Notes under the pieces: generated by a model
The model's database searches: none
What the model was told of the DNA's origin: nothing
Seen by the model: the letters and a program-made list of their open reading frames with translations, nothing else
DNA from: Actinomycetes bacterium
Lineage (GTDB): Bacteria > Actinomycetota > Thermoleophilia > BMS3ABIN01
DNA length: 64,000 bases
Direction: 5' to 3'
NCBI GenBank assembly: GCA_021785935.1
Contig: JAJYOG010000008.1
Location: 999 to 64,998, forward strand
Translations under genes and position numbers: made by a program
Shown here: positions 36,636 to 45,881 of the stretch, one piece after another
How positions within the stretch are numbered: position 1 is the first letter of the stretch
How the letters are laid out: each line of letters starts with the position of its first letter

Positions 36636-37469
36636 TCAGCTACATGACACCAGAACCGCGCATTTGGAATGCCCGATTACCCGCTCGGTGGTACTTCCCA
36701 TGAGGAGCTTACCAAGCCCGCCCCCGCCGTGACAACCAATAACGATGAGGTCGGCGTTTTTGGCGATTGCGGCCTCGACTATCTGTACGTAGGCCTTGCC
36801 GGTCGCGGTTGCCGTCTCACAGGCAATACCCTTGGCATCGGCCGCTTCTTTGACTTTTTGCGCGTTCTCTGTCGCCTTCGCTGCCTTGTCCGCTGAAGAT
36901 GCACTCGAAAAAGCGATCAGCGTTCCGCCGACTTTCTTGGCAATCTTGACAGCCGAGGCCGCCGCTGACTCACCATTGGCCGAACCGTCCGTCGCGACCA
37001 AGATGGTTTTGAAATCCTGCGGGCAATCGCGGGGAACCACGAGCACATCGCAGGGAGCATGGCCGACGACCCTGGCGGTGACGCTGCCCATCGCGACCTT
37101 CTTGATGCCGGTCCGTCCGCGGCGGCCCATGATGATGAGTTCAGCGCCATTGCGCCTGGCTTCGTCAACGATAATCCTGTAGGGGCTGTCACCGGTGTGG
37201 ACCTCAGTTACACAGTCGACGCCGGCGGTGTCGGCCGCGGCCTTGACGGCTTTGAGGTTTTCGGAAGCCCGGGCCTCTTCTTTCTCCACCAGATGCGGCG
37301 CTTCGGAGGCATATTCCTCGTTAGCCTCAACAACCGCAATGGCGACGACATGGCTCGTGCATTTAGCCGCGATGTCGATCGCTTCCTTGACGGCGCCTTC
37401 ACTGTACTCGGAACCATCCGTTGCCAGAAGTACTTCCTCCAGGTTGTTAATCGGGCAGTGTCCACTCAT
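36636..37469 (-). CDS. Tandem-domain universal stress protein
   Basis: The start is set at MSGHCPINNLEEVLLATDGSEYS. Two domains are present: IMGRRGRTGIKKVAMGSVTARV and IGCHGGGGLGKLLMGSTTERV. Confidence 0.85.
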   Translation of the reverse strand: MSGHCPINNLEEVLLATDGSEYSEGAVKEAIDIAAKCTSHVVAIAVVEANEEYASEAPHLVEKEEARASENLKAVKAAADTAGVDCVTEVHTGDSPYRIIVDEARRNGAELIIMGRRGRTGIKKVAMGSVTARVVGHAPCDVLVVPRDCPQDFKTILVATDGSANGESAAASAVKIAKKVGGTLIAFSSASSADKAAKATENAQKVKEAADAKGIACETATATGKAYVQIVEAAIAKNADLIVIGCHGGGGLGKLLMGSTTERVIGHSKCAVLVSCS

Positions 37470-37470
37470 A

Positions 37471-37911
37471 TCAGTGACCTCCCGAAGGGAGCACACCGGA
37501 AGCGGCCAGCACGAGCACCAGCACTTCAGCGAGCACCAGCCCGGTATAGATAAAATCCTTCCGCTTGATAAAGATCGGCAGGATCGTCAGGTAACAGATC
37601 ACGGTGACGGATGCCAGAAAAGCGATCGGCGCAAAGGTGAGGAAGTCGCTCTTCCCCAAATTCTTCGCCCAGGACCAGCCTTTCTCAATCTGTGTCACTT
37701 CGAGATATTTATCAACTTTCAAACTCCAGTTGGCTGATACATCCCCAACGGGAACGTGTGGTTTTGGCGCCCCGATAAGATAGAGGACGAAAGTAATCAA
37801 AAGTACCAGCAGCCCTACTTTCATGGCTACATCCAGCACCGCTCCATATCGTTTCTGCTCCGGGCTTGCGCCGGGAGTCGCAGTTTGTGTCGCTTCAGCC
37901 TTGCCTTCCAA
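37471..37911 (-). CDS. Membrane protein accessory to the TauE permease (DUF1634-like by size and position)
   Basis: GGAGGA RBS, TTG start, three hydrophobic helices. It lies immediately downstream of the DUF81 permease. Confidence 0.55.
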   Translation of the reverse strand: MEGKAEATQTATPGASPEQKRYGAVLDVAMKVGLLVLLITFVLYLIGAPKPHVPVGDVSANWSLKVDKYLEVTQIEKGWSWAKNLGKSDFLTFAPIAFLASVTVICYLTILPIFIKRKDFIYTGLVLAEVLVLVLAASGVLPSGGH

Positions 37912-37937
37912 GATTCCTCCTTTGCGGATTACTTCCC

Positions 37938-38912
37938 TTATTTCCAGATTCCCGTACCCTTAAGCAGGGCACGCACACCGGCGAATACAAGCATGGTCAA
38001 TACCACGGCCCGTACGGCCGATGGTTTGGACTTTGCGAGGATCTTAACTCCTACCAGCGAACCCATCATGATACCGATAATTGAAGGCACCACGATCATG
38101 GGGATAACCGCGCCGGCGTTCAGATACATCCAGGCTGCCGAGGTATCTGTTGTGGCCAGCAGGAACTTGCTGGTGGCCACCGAGACCTTCAGCGGCGCGC
38201 CCATGACCAGATTCAGCACCGGAACGTTAGCCCAGCCGGCGCCGAGCCCGAACATGCCGGCCATGAAGCCGATGCCGACGAAAAGGATCAGGCCATGGAT
38301 GGTGCGGTGAATCTTCCAGTCGATGTCTTTACCGGATGAGGGCTCGTGATAAACGCCGTTGATCCTGAGCGCCGAGGACAGGGCGTCTGCCTTTCCGACC
38401 TCGGGGTATTCCGACTTCTTGGCCAGAAACATGATGACCACAATAGCGAGAATGGCTATGCCCATGGCCGTGTTGATAATGGCGTCCGATAAAGCGAGAC
38501 CCACCATGGCGCCCATTACAGCAGTGGTTGAGGCGATCAGGGCAACTGGCATCGCCAGACGTAAATCAGCAAGTCCCTTCTTAAGCAGGCCCGGACCGGC
38601 AGCCAGCGATCCCGCCAGGGCTACAAACAATCCGGCGCCCCTGACAAAGTCCATGCCGAAGGGGAAGAAACCGCCGATTATCGGCGTATACAGAACGGCG
38701 CCACCCACGCCTCCGAGGACCGCAAGAATTCCCATGAAAAAAGTGACGACCAGCAGAATCAGCGGCCAGCCCCACCAGGGTATGGCGGAGTCGGCGCCGC
38801 CTGGATTGGCCGGCGAGGCATCACCGGTCCATGCCTGGACCATTCCCGCCGCGAAAATCGCCATCAGAATAAACAGGGCGATAATAAAAAAAAGCGTACA
38901 TCTCTTGGACAT
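37938..38912 (-). CDS. TauE/SafE (DUF81) family anion permease, third copy
   Basis: Contains GILAVLGGVGGAVLYTPII and GMFGLGAGWANVPVLNLV. Confidence 0.8.
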   Translation of the reverse strand: MSKRCTLFFIIALFILMAIFAAGMVQAWTGDASPANPGGADSAIPWWGWPLILLVVTFFMGILAVLGGVGGAVLYTPIIGGFFPFGMDFVRGAGLFVALAGSLAAGPGLLKKGLADLRLAMPVALIASTTAVMGAMVGLALSDAIINTAMGIAILAIVVIMFLAKKSEYPEVGKADALSSALRINGVYHEPSSGKDIDWKIHRTIHGLILFVGIGFMAGMFGLGAGWANVPVLNLVMGAPLKVSVATSKFLLATTDTSAAWMYLNAGAVIPMIVVPSIIGIMMGSLVGVKILAKSKPSAVRAVVLTMLVFAGVRALLKGTGIWK

Positions 38913-39155
38913 GTCCCTCCTTTAACTCTGAAACGGAAGATATATGCGGGCGCCGAAATCCACGGCGCCGATCAATGGTTGGCGTGGCGCTTGCGGAGTA
39001 AAACGAGGACCTGCCGGCCATAAGGACCGGCATTCGGGGTAGTTTCCGCCCGCGTCAAACTCCCGGATGATAGCATAATTCTTGTGAATTTGTAGTTACA
39101 AAACGCAACATTATCAAACTAAATGCAACACTATTGTTGCTTTAGCCGCGGGCAA

Positions 39156-39341
39156 CTACCTTTCGCACCATTTTCCGCCAAAGCATTTCTCAGCTTTTTT
39201 GCGGGAAATCTCAGAAAAGCGGTCGTCCTTGGTGCAAATCCAGATATCGCGGGCGGTGCGATACTTGGCAGAGTCTTTATAGAGGTACTTGCAAGCCTTC
39301 TCGGGCTTGGCGGGGAGTTCGCGATCGATTCGGCTGGTCAC
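39156..39341 (-). CDS. Small Cys-containing hypothetical protein (61 aa)
   Basis: ATGA-coupled to the upstream DUF1844-like gene. It has four Cys residues (C17, C36, C53, C59). No family was recognised. Confidence 0.4.
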   Translation of the reverse strand: MTSRIDRELPAKPEKACKYLYKDSAKYRTARDIWICTKDDRFSEISRKKAEKCFGGKWCER

Positions 39342-39760
39342 TCCGAGCCTGCCTTGACGAAAGTCATCTGCATGCTCGAAAGGGCTCCGGCGAGCGCCTG
39401 GGCATCCTGCTCCGGCAGGTGCTTCTTGACAGTTTCCAGCAATGTTTTATAGGCATCGATAGCGAGGCTTGCCTGCGCGAGATCCTTGGCATCTTTCGTC
39501 TCGTCGGTCAATCCCATCTTGATGTAAGCCAGGTTGGTGAGCGTCAGCAGAAACTGGACCAGCATCTCGTCGACTTTCTGCTCACGAAAATGTTTCTCGA
39601 ACTCGGCGCGCAGATCTTCCTCGGTCATCTGGTCCGGGTTTACTTTTGCCTCCGGCGGCGCTTTTTCCTCACTGGTTTCGGCGGTTTCGATTTTCGCTTC
39701 GGCTGCCTCTTCGGCCGCCTCTTCGGCTGCGCCCCTATCCTTGGTGTCGTCAGCGCTCAT
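39338..39760 (-). CDS. DUF1844-like acidic protein
   Basis: Acidic N-terminus, then MLVQFLLTLTNLAYIKMGL...AKDLAQASLAIDAYKTLLE. Confidence 0.55.
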   Translation of the reverse strand: MSADDTKDRGAAEEAAEEAAEAKIETAETSEEKAPPEAKVNPDQMTEEDLRAEFEKHFREQKVDEMLVQFLLTLTNLAYIKMGLTDETKDAKDLAQASLAIDAYKTLLETVKKHLPEQDAQALAGALSSMQMTFVKAGSE

Positions 39761-39801
39761 GCTTCCTCCCGTTTAATCAACAAATTATCCGCGTGTATTA
39801 A

Positions 39802-41001
39802 TCACCCTTCATAGCAGACCTCATAGATAGACCCACTCGAATCATCCGTTATATACATTCTATTATTCGCGAACAGGATATCAACTCGGCGGCCCCAAAC
39901 TTCTCCGGTTTTTTCATCCAGCCAGCCGGTGATAAAATCGCTGACTTTGCCATTCGCGTCGACGCGAACTACTTTATAGCCGGTGGGAACCGTGCGATTC
40001 CAGGATCCGTGAAAGGCGATGAAGAGGTCGTTCTGGTAAGAAACCGGCCAGGAAGGATCGCTCAGGAATCGCAGGCCCAGCGCCGCTGAATGCGCCTGGA
40101 GCGCAACGGCCGGCGGCTCGGTGCCGGCACAGTACGCAGCCCGGGCGTTATCATCCTGGAACTCGGGATTGACCGCCCGGTCACCGTAACAGTACGGCCA
40201 GCCATAGTTCTTGCCTTCCTTGATGATGTCGACCTCGTCCGGCGGGATGTCATCGCCGATGTTGTCGCGGCCGTTATCCGTGGCCCAAATCTCTCCGGTC
40301 ACCGGATGCCAGGTGAAACCGACGGCATTGCGAAGGCCGGAAGCGATGACCTGGCCATCCGATCCGTCGCTGTTATAGCGCGACATCGCCGCACGGCGCG
40401 GGTCCGTTTCTTCGCAGACATTGCAGCTGCTGCCAACGGTCAGGTAGAGCCTGTTGCCGGGGCCGAAACCGATCGTGCGAGTGTCGTGCCCGCCGGCGGG
40501 AAGATTGGGGATGATCACCTGGCCGGGGCCGACGGCGCCGTTGCCCTGGTATTCGTAGCGCGTCACCCTGGTTGTTTCGGCAATAAAGAGATACTGGTCA
40601 TGCAGGGCGATCCCCGATGTAGACGACAGACCCTTGAGCACCGTAACCGGTTGCGGGTTGGCGTCGGCCAGACGATAGCCGAGGACGTCGCCCCGCCCCA
40701 TCTCGGTCACCAGGAGCAGGCCGTCATCGGTGAGCGCCATCATCCTGAGGCCGTCACGTCCCGAGGCCAGGCGGCTGATGGTAAAACCGTTGGGGAGCGT
40801 CAGGGAATGGCCGTCGATGGCGACGGTGTGTGTGCCAGCGGGCAGGGCTGTTGTGGGAACCGTTGTTGGCGTCAGTGGCGTCAGTGGCTGCTCCGTGATA
40901 GTAGCGGTGTCGGGGTTGCCGCAGGAAACTAATAAACTCAATAGCATCAAGGTAATAGATAGCCCTGCGATATTCACAAGCTTTGAATTCCCGTGATTCA
41001 T
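39802..41001 (-). CDS. PQQ-dependent (soluble) sugar/sorbosone dehydrogenase-type beta-propeller lipoprotein
   Basis: Lipobox LLVSCG. Contains NLPAGGHDTRTIGFGPG..LY, GLRN.VGF.WHP.TGE.W and GKNYGWPYCYG. Confidence 0.8.
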   Translation of the reverse strand: MNHGNSKLVNIAGLSITLMLLSLLVSCGNPDTATITEQPLTPLTPTTVPTTALPAGTHTVAIDGHSLTLPNGFTISRLASGRDGLRMMALTDDGLLLVTEMGRGDVLGYRLADANPQPVTVLKGLSSTSGIALHDQYLFIAETTRVTRYEYQGNGAVGPGQVIIPNLPAGGHDTRTIGFGPGNRLYLTVGSSCNVCEETDPRRAAMSRYNSDGSDGQVIASGLRNAVGFTWHPVTGEIWATDNGRDNIGDDIPPDEVDIIKEGKNYGWPYCYGDRAVNPEFQDDNARAAYCAGTEPPAVALQAHSAALGLRFLSDPSWPVSYQNDLFIAFHGSWNRTVPTGYKVVRVDANGKVSDFITGWLDEKTGEVWGRRVDILFANNRMYITDDSSGSIYEVCYEG

Positions 41002-41191
41002 GACGTTCCTTGAGTATTTATCGAATCCTGTTTAAGACTTGCCGGATTGCGGGTGAATTAAACGAGTGCAGGCTCCATTGACAAGTTATTATCAGCAATG
41101 GAGAATTTGCCCGACCGGTTTGAGTACTAACCGTTGCCAGCATTTAATGCAGCAAACATTATTACTGCCTAACATCATTCAGGAGGAAAAA

Positions 41192-41662
41192 GTGTCGAAA
41201 GGAACATCTTGGTTTTCAATGGTTGTTATTGCTTTGCTAGCCACAATCTCAATAGGGGGTTGCGGCGACAGCGCGGGAAGTCCCACCCAGAAACCAGTGA
41301 CTTCGGGAGCAAGCACCGCGAGCACCACGCCGGTGGCAACCAATTTGAAAATTGAAGACCTGGTCGTCGGCACAGGGCCCGCGGCCAAGAAGGGCGATCG
41401 CGTGACCGTCGACTACACCGGCTGGCTGACGGATGGCACAAAATTCGACTCATCCCTGGACAGGAACCAGCCGTTTACTTTCACGCTGGGTTCGGGACAG
41501 GTCATTGCCGGATGGGACCAGGGAGTTGCCGGGATGATGGCCGGCGGCAAGCGCAGGCTGACGATTCCGCCAGAGCTTGGGTACGGCGCCAAAGGCGCCG
41601 GCAAGACTATCCCGCCGAACGCCACACTCGTGTTTGAAGTGGAGATGAAGAAGATCAACTAG
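41192..41662 (+). CDS. FKBP-type peptidyl-prolyl cis-trans isomerase lipoprotein
   Basis: AGGAGG RBS, GTG start, lipobox ISIGGCG. Contains [16 protein letters not shown]...FTLG.GQVI.GWDQGV.GM..GG.R.L.IP..LGYG. Confidence 0.88.
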   Translation: MSKGTSWFSMVVIALLATISIGGCGDSAGSPTQKPVTSGASTASTTPVATNLKIEDLVVGTGPAAKKGDRVTVDYTGWLTDGTKFDSSLDRNQPFTFTLGSGQVIAGWDQGVAGMMAGGKRRLTIPPELGYGAKGAGKTIPPNATLVFEVEMKKIN

Positions 41663-41774
41663 CGATTTGGGCCGCCCACTACCGCTGAGCTGGTGCTATA
41701 ATTTTCGTCATTCCCCGGGAGGCTTCCCGGCAAAAGTCATTTCCATACTAAATACATAGGTGCAGGAGGGTCTA

Positions 41775-42632
41775 ATGGCCTCAGGAAGAATTGGAGTCAT
41801 CGGCGGCTCTGGGTTTTACGAGCTGCTTGAAAATCCGAAGATCGAACGAGTGACTACTCCTTTTGGCGACCCCAGTGACGCCATCACCATCGGCGAGATC
41901 GCCGGCCGGGAGGTCTGCTTCCTGCCAAGGCACGGCAAGGGACATCGCATCATGCCCACCGATCTGCCCTTCCGCGCCAATATCATGGCCATGAAGCAGC
42001 TGGGAGTCGAGTGGATTATCTCGGCCAGCGCCGTGGGCAGCATGCAAAAACATATCGAGCCCGGCCATATCGTCATCCCGGACCAGTTCATCGACCGTAC
42101 CCGCCAGCGCCGCTCCACTTTCTTCGGCGACGGCTGCGTGGCGCATGTCTCCTTTGCCGACCCGGTCTGTCCGGATCTGTCGAAGCTGCTGGCCGAGGCC
42201 GGCCGTGATGTCGGCGCCAGCATCCACGAGGGTGGCACCTATCTGTGTATGGAAGGCCCGCAGTTCTCCACCCGGGCCGAATCGAACCTGTACCGCAGCT
42301 GGGGCGTCGAGGTGATCGGCATGACTAACCTGCAGGAGGCCAAACTGGCTCGTGAGGCTGAGATCTGTTACGCCACGATGGCGCTTTCCACCGACTATGA
42401 CTGCTGGTACGAGGGTGAGGAAGAGGTGACCATGATGATGGTGATCGAAACCATGGATAACAACGTGTCTACCGCTATCAAGATCGTGGAGGCGGCCGTG
42501 CCGCTCATTCCCGAGAAGCGTGAATGCATCTGCGCCAGCGCCATGGAGTACGGCATCGTCACCGCGCCAGAGGTTATTCCGCCGGAGACGAAAAAGAAGC
42601 TTAAGGACATCATCGGGAAATACGTCAAATAG
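41775..42632 (+). CDS. mtnP: S-methyl-5'-thioadenosine phosphorylase
   Basis: Contains IGVIGGSGFY...FLPRHG.GH...P....RANI.A.K.LGV....S.AVGS and MTN.QEAKLAREAEICYAT. Confidence 0.9.
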   Translation: MASGRIGVIGGSGFYELLENPKIERVTTPFGDPSDAITIGEIAGREVCFLPRHGKGHRIMPTDLPFRANIMAMKQLGVEWIISASAVGSMQKHIEPGHIVIPDQFIDRTRQRRSTFFGDGCVAHVSFADPVCPDLSKLLAEAGRDVGASIHEGGTYLCMEGPQFSTRAESNLYRSWGVEVIGMTNLQEAKLAREAEICYATMALSTDYDCWYEGEEEVTMMMVIETMDNNVSTAIKIVEAAVPLIPEKRECICASAMEYGIVTAPEVIPPETKKKLKDIIGKYVK

Positions 42633-42757
42633 CCTTTATTGGGTGTTCCTTATCGCCTCGTTAGGTTGCTCAAAGCGGGCACATCAATAAATTGTTTTAC
42701 CAATTGGATTTGGTTATACTGAATATGAAAAGTAAAACTTACTGACAGCTGGTAAAA

Positions 42758-43009
42758 ATGTATACGGCAAAAACATCCTCCAAAGGGCAGATCGTGATTC
42801 CCAAGGAATACCGCGACAAGCTGGGGATCAAGGCTGGTGACCGTGTGGGGATAAGTGTGATCGGCGAGCATGTGGAGATTTATTTGCTGCCGGAGAATCC
42901 TGTTGAGGCCTTGTGCGGTATCTTCTCTGAGGGATCGTCACTTGTGGATGCGCTGATGGAAGAACGACGGAAAGATAAAGAACATGAAGACCGCCTTCTG
43001 GGTTCTTGA
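42758..43009 (+). CDS. vapB: AbrB/SpoVT-fold antitoxin (VapB-type)
   Basis: Contains SSKGQIVIPKEYRDKLGIKAGDRV. It overlaps the PIN gene. Confidence 0.8.
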   Translation: MYTAKTSSKGQIVIPKEYRDKLGIKAGDRVGISVIGEHVEIYLLPENPVEALCGIFSEGSSLVDALMEERRKDKEHEDRLLGS

Positions 43010-43394
43010 CGCTTCGGCACTGCTGGCCTACCTGAAAAAGGAAGAAGGGTTCAGGAAAGTGATGGAAGTGCTGGCCGCAGCTGATGCGGGTAGTGCAGAG
43101 GTTTTTATTAATGAGATCAATCTTGGCGAAGTATATTCTGTTATCGCCAAACAGCGCTCACCTTCGGCGGCTGATTCCATCTTCAGCGACTGGCTTCCCT
43201 TGATACCATTAACACCAGTCTCCAACACCATGACTGATATCCTCACCGCAGCCGGGCTTACAGTGCGCCTGGACCTGCATTACGCCGATTCCTTTGCTGC
43301 AATTACAGCCAGGCAAAGAAATGGCGTCCTGCTTACGACTGACCGCGACTTTGAAAAAGCCACCGGTGAAATCAAGATCCACTGGCTACGATAG
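42984..43394 (+). CDS. vapC: PIN-domain toxin (VapC-type)
   Basis: Contains VLDASALLAYL near the N-terminus, then ...YADSFAAITA...LLTTDRDF. Confidence 0.8.
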   Translation: MKTAFWVLDASALLAYLKKEEGFRKVMEVLAAADAGSAEVFINEINLGEVYSVIAKQRSPSAADSIFSDWLPLIPLTPVSNTMTDILTAAGLTVRLDLHYADSFAAITARQRNGVLLTTDRDFEKATGEIKIHWLR

Positions 43395-43475
43395 CCTCTG
43401 CGGGTGACAAACCCTCCCCCGGTCTTTAGAATGTGGGGCGTTGATCTGGAAGCGTCCATTCCCTGAGGAGGCACA

Positions 43476-44396
43476 TTGTCAATTCTCGTAGTCGGCTCCA
43501 TCGCCCTCGACTCCGTCGAGACCCCGTTCGGCACGGCCGAGGAGGCGCTAGGTGGCGCCGCGGTCTATTTTTCCTACGCGGCCAGCTTCTTTAACCGGGT
43601 GCGCCTGGTGGGGGTCATCGGCAAGGATTTCCCCGAGGAACACCTGAAGCTGCTGGAGGGGCGCAATATTGACCTGGCGGGCCTGGAGCGGGCTGACGGC
43701 GCCACCTTCCGCTGGAAGGGCCGCTACGATTACGACCTCAACGAGGCGCACACGCTGGACACACAGCTTAATGTCTTTGAGACTTTCGCGCCCAAGATCC
43801 CTGATTCGTTTAAGGACAGCGATTTTGTCTTCCTTGCCAACATCCAGCCGGGGCTGCAGCTGCAGGTGGCCGAGCAGGCTTCCTCGCCGCGCGTGATCGC
43901 CTGCGACACCATGAACTTCTGGATCGAGGGCGCTTATGACCAGTTGCGGGAAACGCTGAAATCTGTTGATATCCTTATTATTAACGATGCCGAGACCCGC
44001 GAGCTGGCCCGCGAGCCCAGCCTGGTGAAAGCGGCGCGCAAGATCCTTGAATGGGGCCCGACCACCCTGGTGGTCAAGCGCGGTGAGTTCGGCGTGCTGA
44101 TGTTCCACGGCAGTTCGGTCTTTTCGGCGCCGGCTTATCCGCTGGAAGATGTCTTCGATCCCACCGGCGCCGGTGATACCTTTGCCGGCGGTTTCATGGG
44201 CTTTCTCTCCACCCAGGAGGAAATCACCGAGGCGGCCATCCGCCAGGCGATCATCTTCGGCTCGACGCTGGCCAGCTTCAACGTCGAAGACTTCAGCCTC
44301 AACCGGATGAAGACTCTGGAGATGCAGGAGATCCTCGACCGCTTCGCCGAGTTCAAACTGCTGTCACATTTCGAAGAGGTTGAAACGACGGGTTAA
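43476..44396 (+). CDS. PfkB-family (ribokinase-like) carbohydrate/nucleoside kinase
   Basis: Contains ILVVGSIALD, a C-terminal DPTGAGDTFAGGF motif, and VVKRGE.G. Confidence 0.85.
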   Translation: MSILVVGSIALDSVETPFGTAEEALGGAAVYFSYAASFFNRVRLVGVIGKDFPEEHLKLLEGRNIDLAGLERADGATFRWKGRYDYDLNEAHTLDTQLNVFETFAPKIPDSFKDSDFVFLANIQPGLQLQVAEQASSPRVIACDTMNFWIEGAYDQLRETLKSVDILIINDAETRELAREPSLVKAARKILEWGPTTLVVKRGEFGVLMFHGSSVFSAPAYPLEDVFDPTGAGDTFAGGFMGFLSTQEEITEAAIRQAIIFGSTLASFNVEDFSLNRMKTLEMQEILDRFAEFKLLSHFEEVETTG

Positions 44397-44755
44397 TGCT
44401 CTGGAGCAACCTTAAATTCTGGAGGATCGCCGCGATCGGCCTGTTCATTGCCGTGCTGGGGCTGGCCTACCCGCTGATCAAGACCGGCCCGCATTTCATG
44501 CTGGAAGACTCGAACATGCGGATCGTGGAGAAGCCCGGCCATGGGGCGCTGTTTACTTACACCATCACGAACGATGGCGATGCCGGCGGTGAGACCTTCG
44601 TCAATTTCCATGCCTATCTGTATGACCGCGGCGGCGATTCCGAGGACGACTACAAAACCGTGGGTATCAATGCCGGTGAGACCAAATCGGGTGAGTTCTT
44701 CATGGAGCTGCGTTCGGGACAGACGGTTCATGACTGGCGGATAGAACTGACCTAG
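44396..44755 (+). CDS. Membrane-anchored hypothetical protein (119 aa)
   Basis: TAATG coupling to the PfkB gene. N-terminal TM helix. No family was recognised. Confidence 0.5.
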   Translation: MLWSNLKFWRIAAIGLFIAVLGLAYPLIKTGPHFMLEDSNMRIVEKPGHGALFTYTITNDGDAGGETFVNFHAYLYDRGGDSEDDYKTVGINAGETKSGEFFMELRSGQTVHDWRIELT

Positions 44756-44830
44756 CCTGACCCATGACTGGCGGATAGAACTGACCTGGCCTGACCCATG
44801 ACTGGCGGATAGAACTGACCTGGCCTGACC
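44729..44830. repeat. 34-bp x3 tandem repeat containing the 3' end and stop of the preceding gene
   Basis: CATGACTGGCGGATAGAACTGACCT(A/G)GCCTGACC at 44729-44762, 44763-44796 and 44797-44830. Only copy 1 has TAG; copies 2 and 3 have TGG. Confidence 0.95.
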
Positions 44831-44855
44831 TAGCAAGGAGATGCTGAATCAGATA

Positions 44856-44879
44856 ATTTAGTATTGTGTCCCCGAAATT
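44856..44879. repeat. Solo arm of the palindromic repeat family
   Basis: AATTTAGTATTGTGTCCCCGAAAT differs by one mismatch from the right arm of copies 1 and 2. It ends about 20 nt upstream of the ABC ATPase TTG start. Confidence 0.8.
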
Positions 44880-44899
44880 GTTGAGGTTGGGAGAGTCGC

Positions 44900-45841
44900 T
44901 TGCCGCTGGTGAACGCCGAAAATCTGGTAAAGAAATATGACAAGCTCACGGCCGTCGACGGCGTCAGTTTTCATATCGATGAAGGTCAGATCTTCGGCTT
45001 CCTCGGACCCAACGGCGCCGGCAAATCCACGACCATCTCGATGCTCTCCACCTATCTTGAGCCCACGTCGGGCGACGCCGTTATCGATGGCTTCAGCATC
45101 ACGCGCCAGACCGCCAAGGTTAAAAGCATCATCGGGGTGGTGCCGCAGGAAATCGCCCTGTATCCAACGCTGACCGCCATCCAGAACCTAAAATTTTACG
45201 GCAAGATGTACGGCATGGGCGGCGAGGAGCTGGACCAGCGATGCCATGAACTATTGGACCTGGTCGAGCTTTGGGAGCGGCGCGACAGCCGTGTCGAAAA
45301 CTTCTCCGGCGGCATGAAGCGGCGCATCAACATGGCCGCGGGACTTTTGCACCAGCCGCGCTTTCTGCTGCTGGACGAACCCACCGTCGGCGTCGATCCG
45401 CAGTCGCGCGAACATATCTTCGATACCATCTTCAAAATCCGGGACGCGGGCACCACCATCCTCTACACCTCCCATTACATGGAGGAAGTTGAACTCCTGT
45501 GCGATTACATCGCGATCATGGACAAAGGCAAACTCGTCGCCGGCGGTACCCTCAAGCAGCTGTTGTCGATGCTCGGCGAAGGCGGAGTCATCGAGATTGA
45601 AGTAGTGCCGCCGGGATGTCCCGGCGGCCTGGTCGAGAATATGAAGATGCAAAATGGCGTCACGGCGGTCCGGCATGAAGACAGTCAGTTGACCATCTCC
45701 TCGAAAAACAGCGCCCACTCGCTTCCCCCGCTCCTTAAGGTCCTGGAGGACTCCGGCTGTGATATCGAACGGCTGGAGATTTATACGCCCAACCTGGAGA
45801 AACTCTTCATCCGCCTGACCGGTAAGGAGCTGAGGGAATGA
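44900..45841 (+). CDS. ABC transporter ATP-binding protein (ABC-2/DrrA type)
   Basis: Walker A GPNGAGKST, signature FSGGMKRR, Walker B LLLDEPT. Confidence 0.92.
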   Translation: MPLVNAENLVKKYDKLTAVDGVSFHIDEGQIFGFLGPNGAGKSTTISMLSTYLEPTSGDAVIDGFSITRQTAKVKSIIGVVPQEIALYPTLTAIQNLKFYGKMYGMGGEELDQRCHELLDLVELWERRDSRVENFSGGMKRRINMAAGLLHQPRFLLLDEPTVGVDPQSREHIFDTIFKIRDAGTTILYTSHYMEEVELLCDYIAIMDKGKLVAGGTLKQLLSMLGEGGVIEIEVVPPGCPGGLVENMKMQNGVTAVRHEDSQLTISSKNSAHSLPPLLKVLEDSGCDIERLEIYTPNLEKLFIRLTGKELRE

Positions 45842-45881
45842 TCATTCGAAGCCGGAACATCAGCGGTAAGGAGCTCAGGGA

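Noticed and set aside
38980-38994. TGGCGT-N5-TTGC on the + strand as a sigma54 promoter for the third TauE locus.
   Set aside because: It points away from the minus-strand TauE operon, there is no credible + strand gene downstream, and the -24 element is imperfect.
39123-39452. + strand 109-aa ORF.
   Set aside because: It overlaps two minus-strand ORFs that are ATGA-coupled and have more protein-like composition (a DUF1844-like helix pattern). The + ORF has no RBS or motif.
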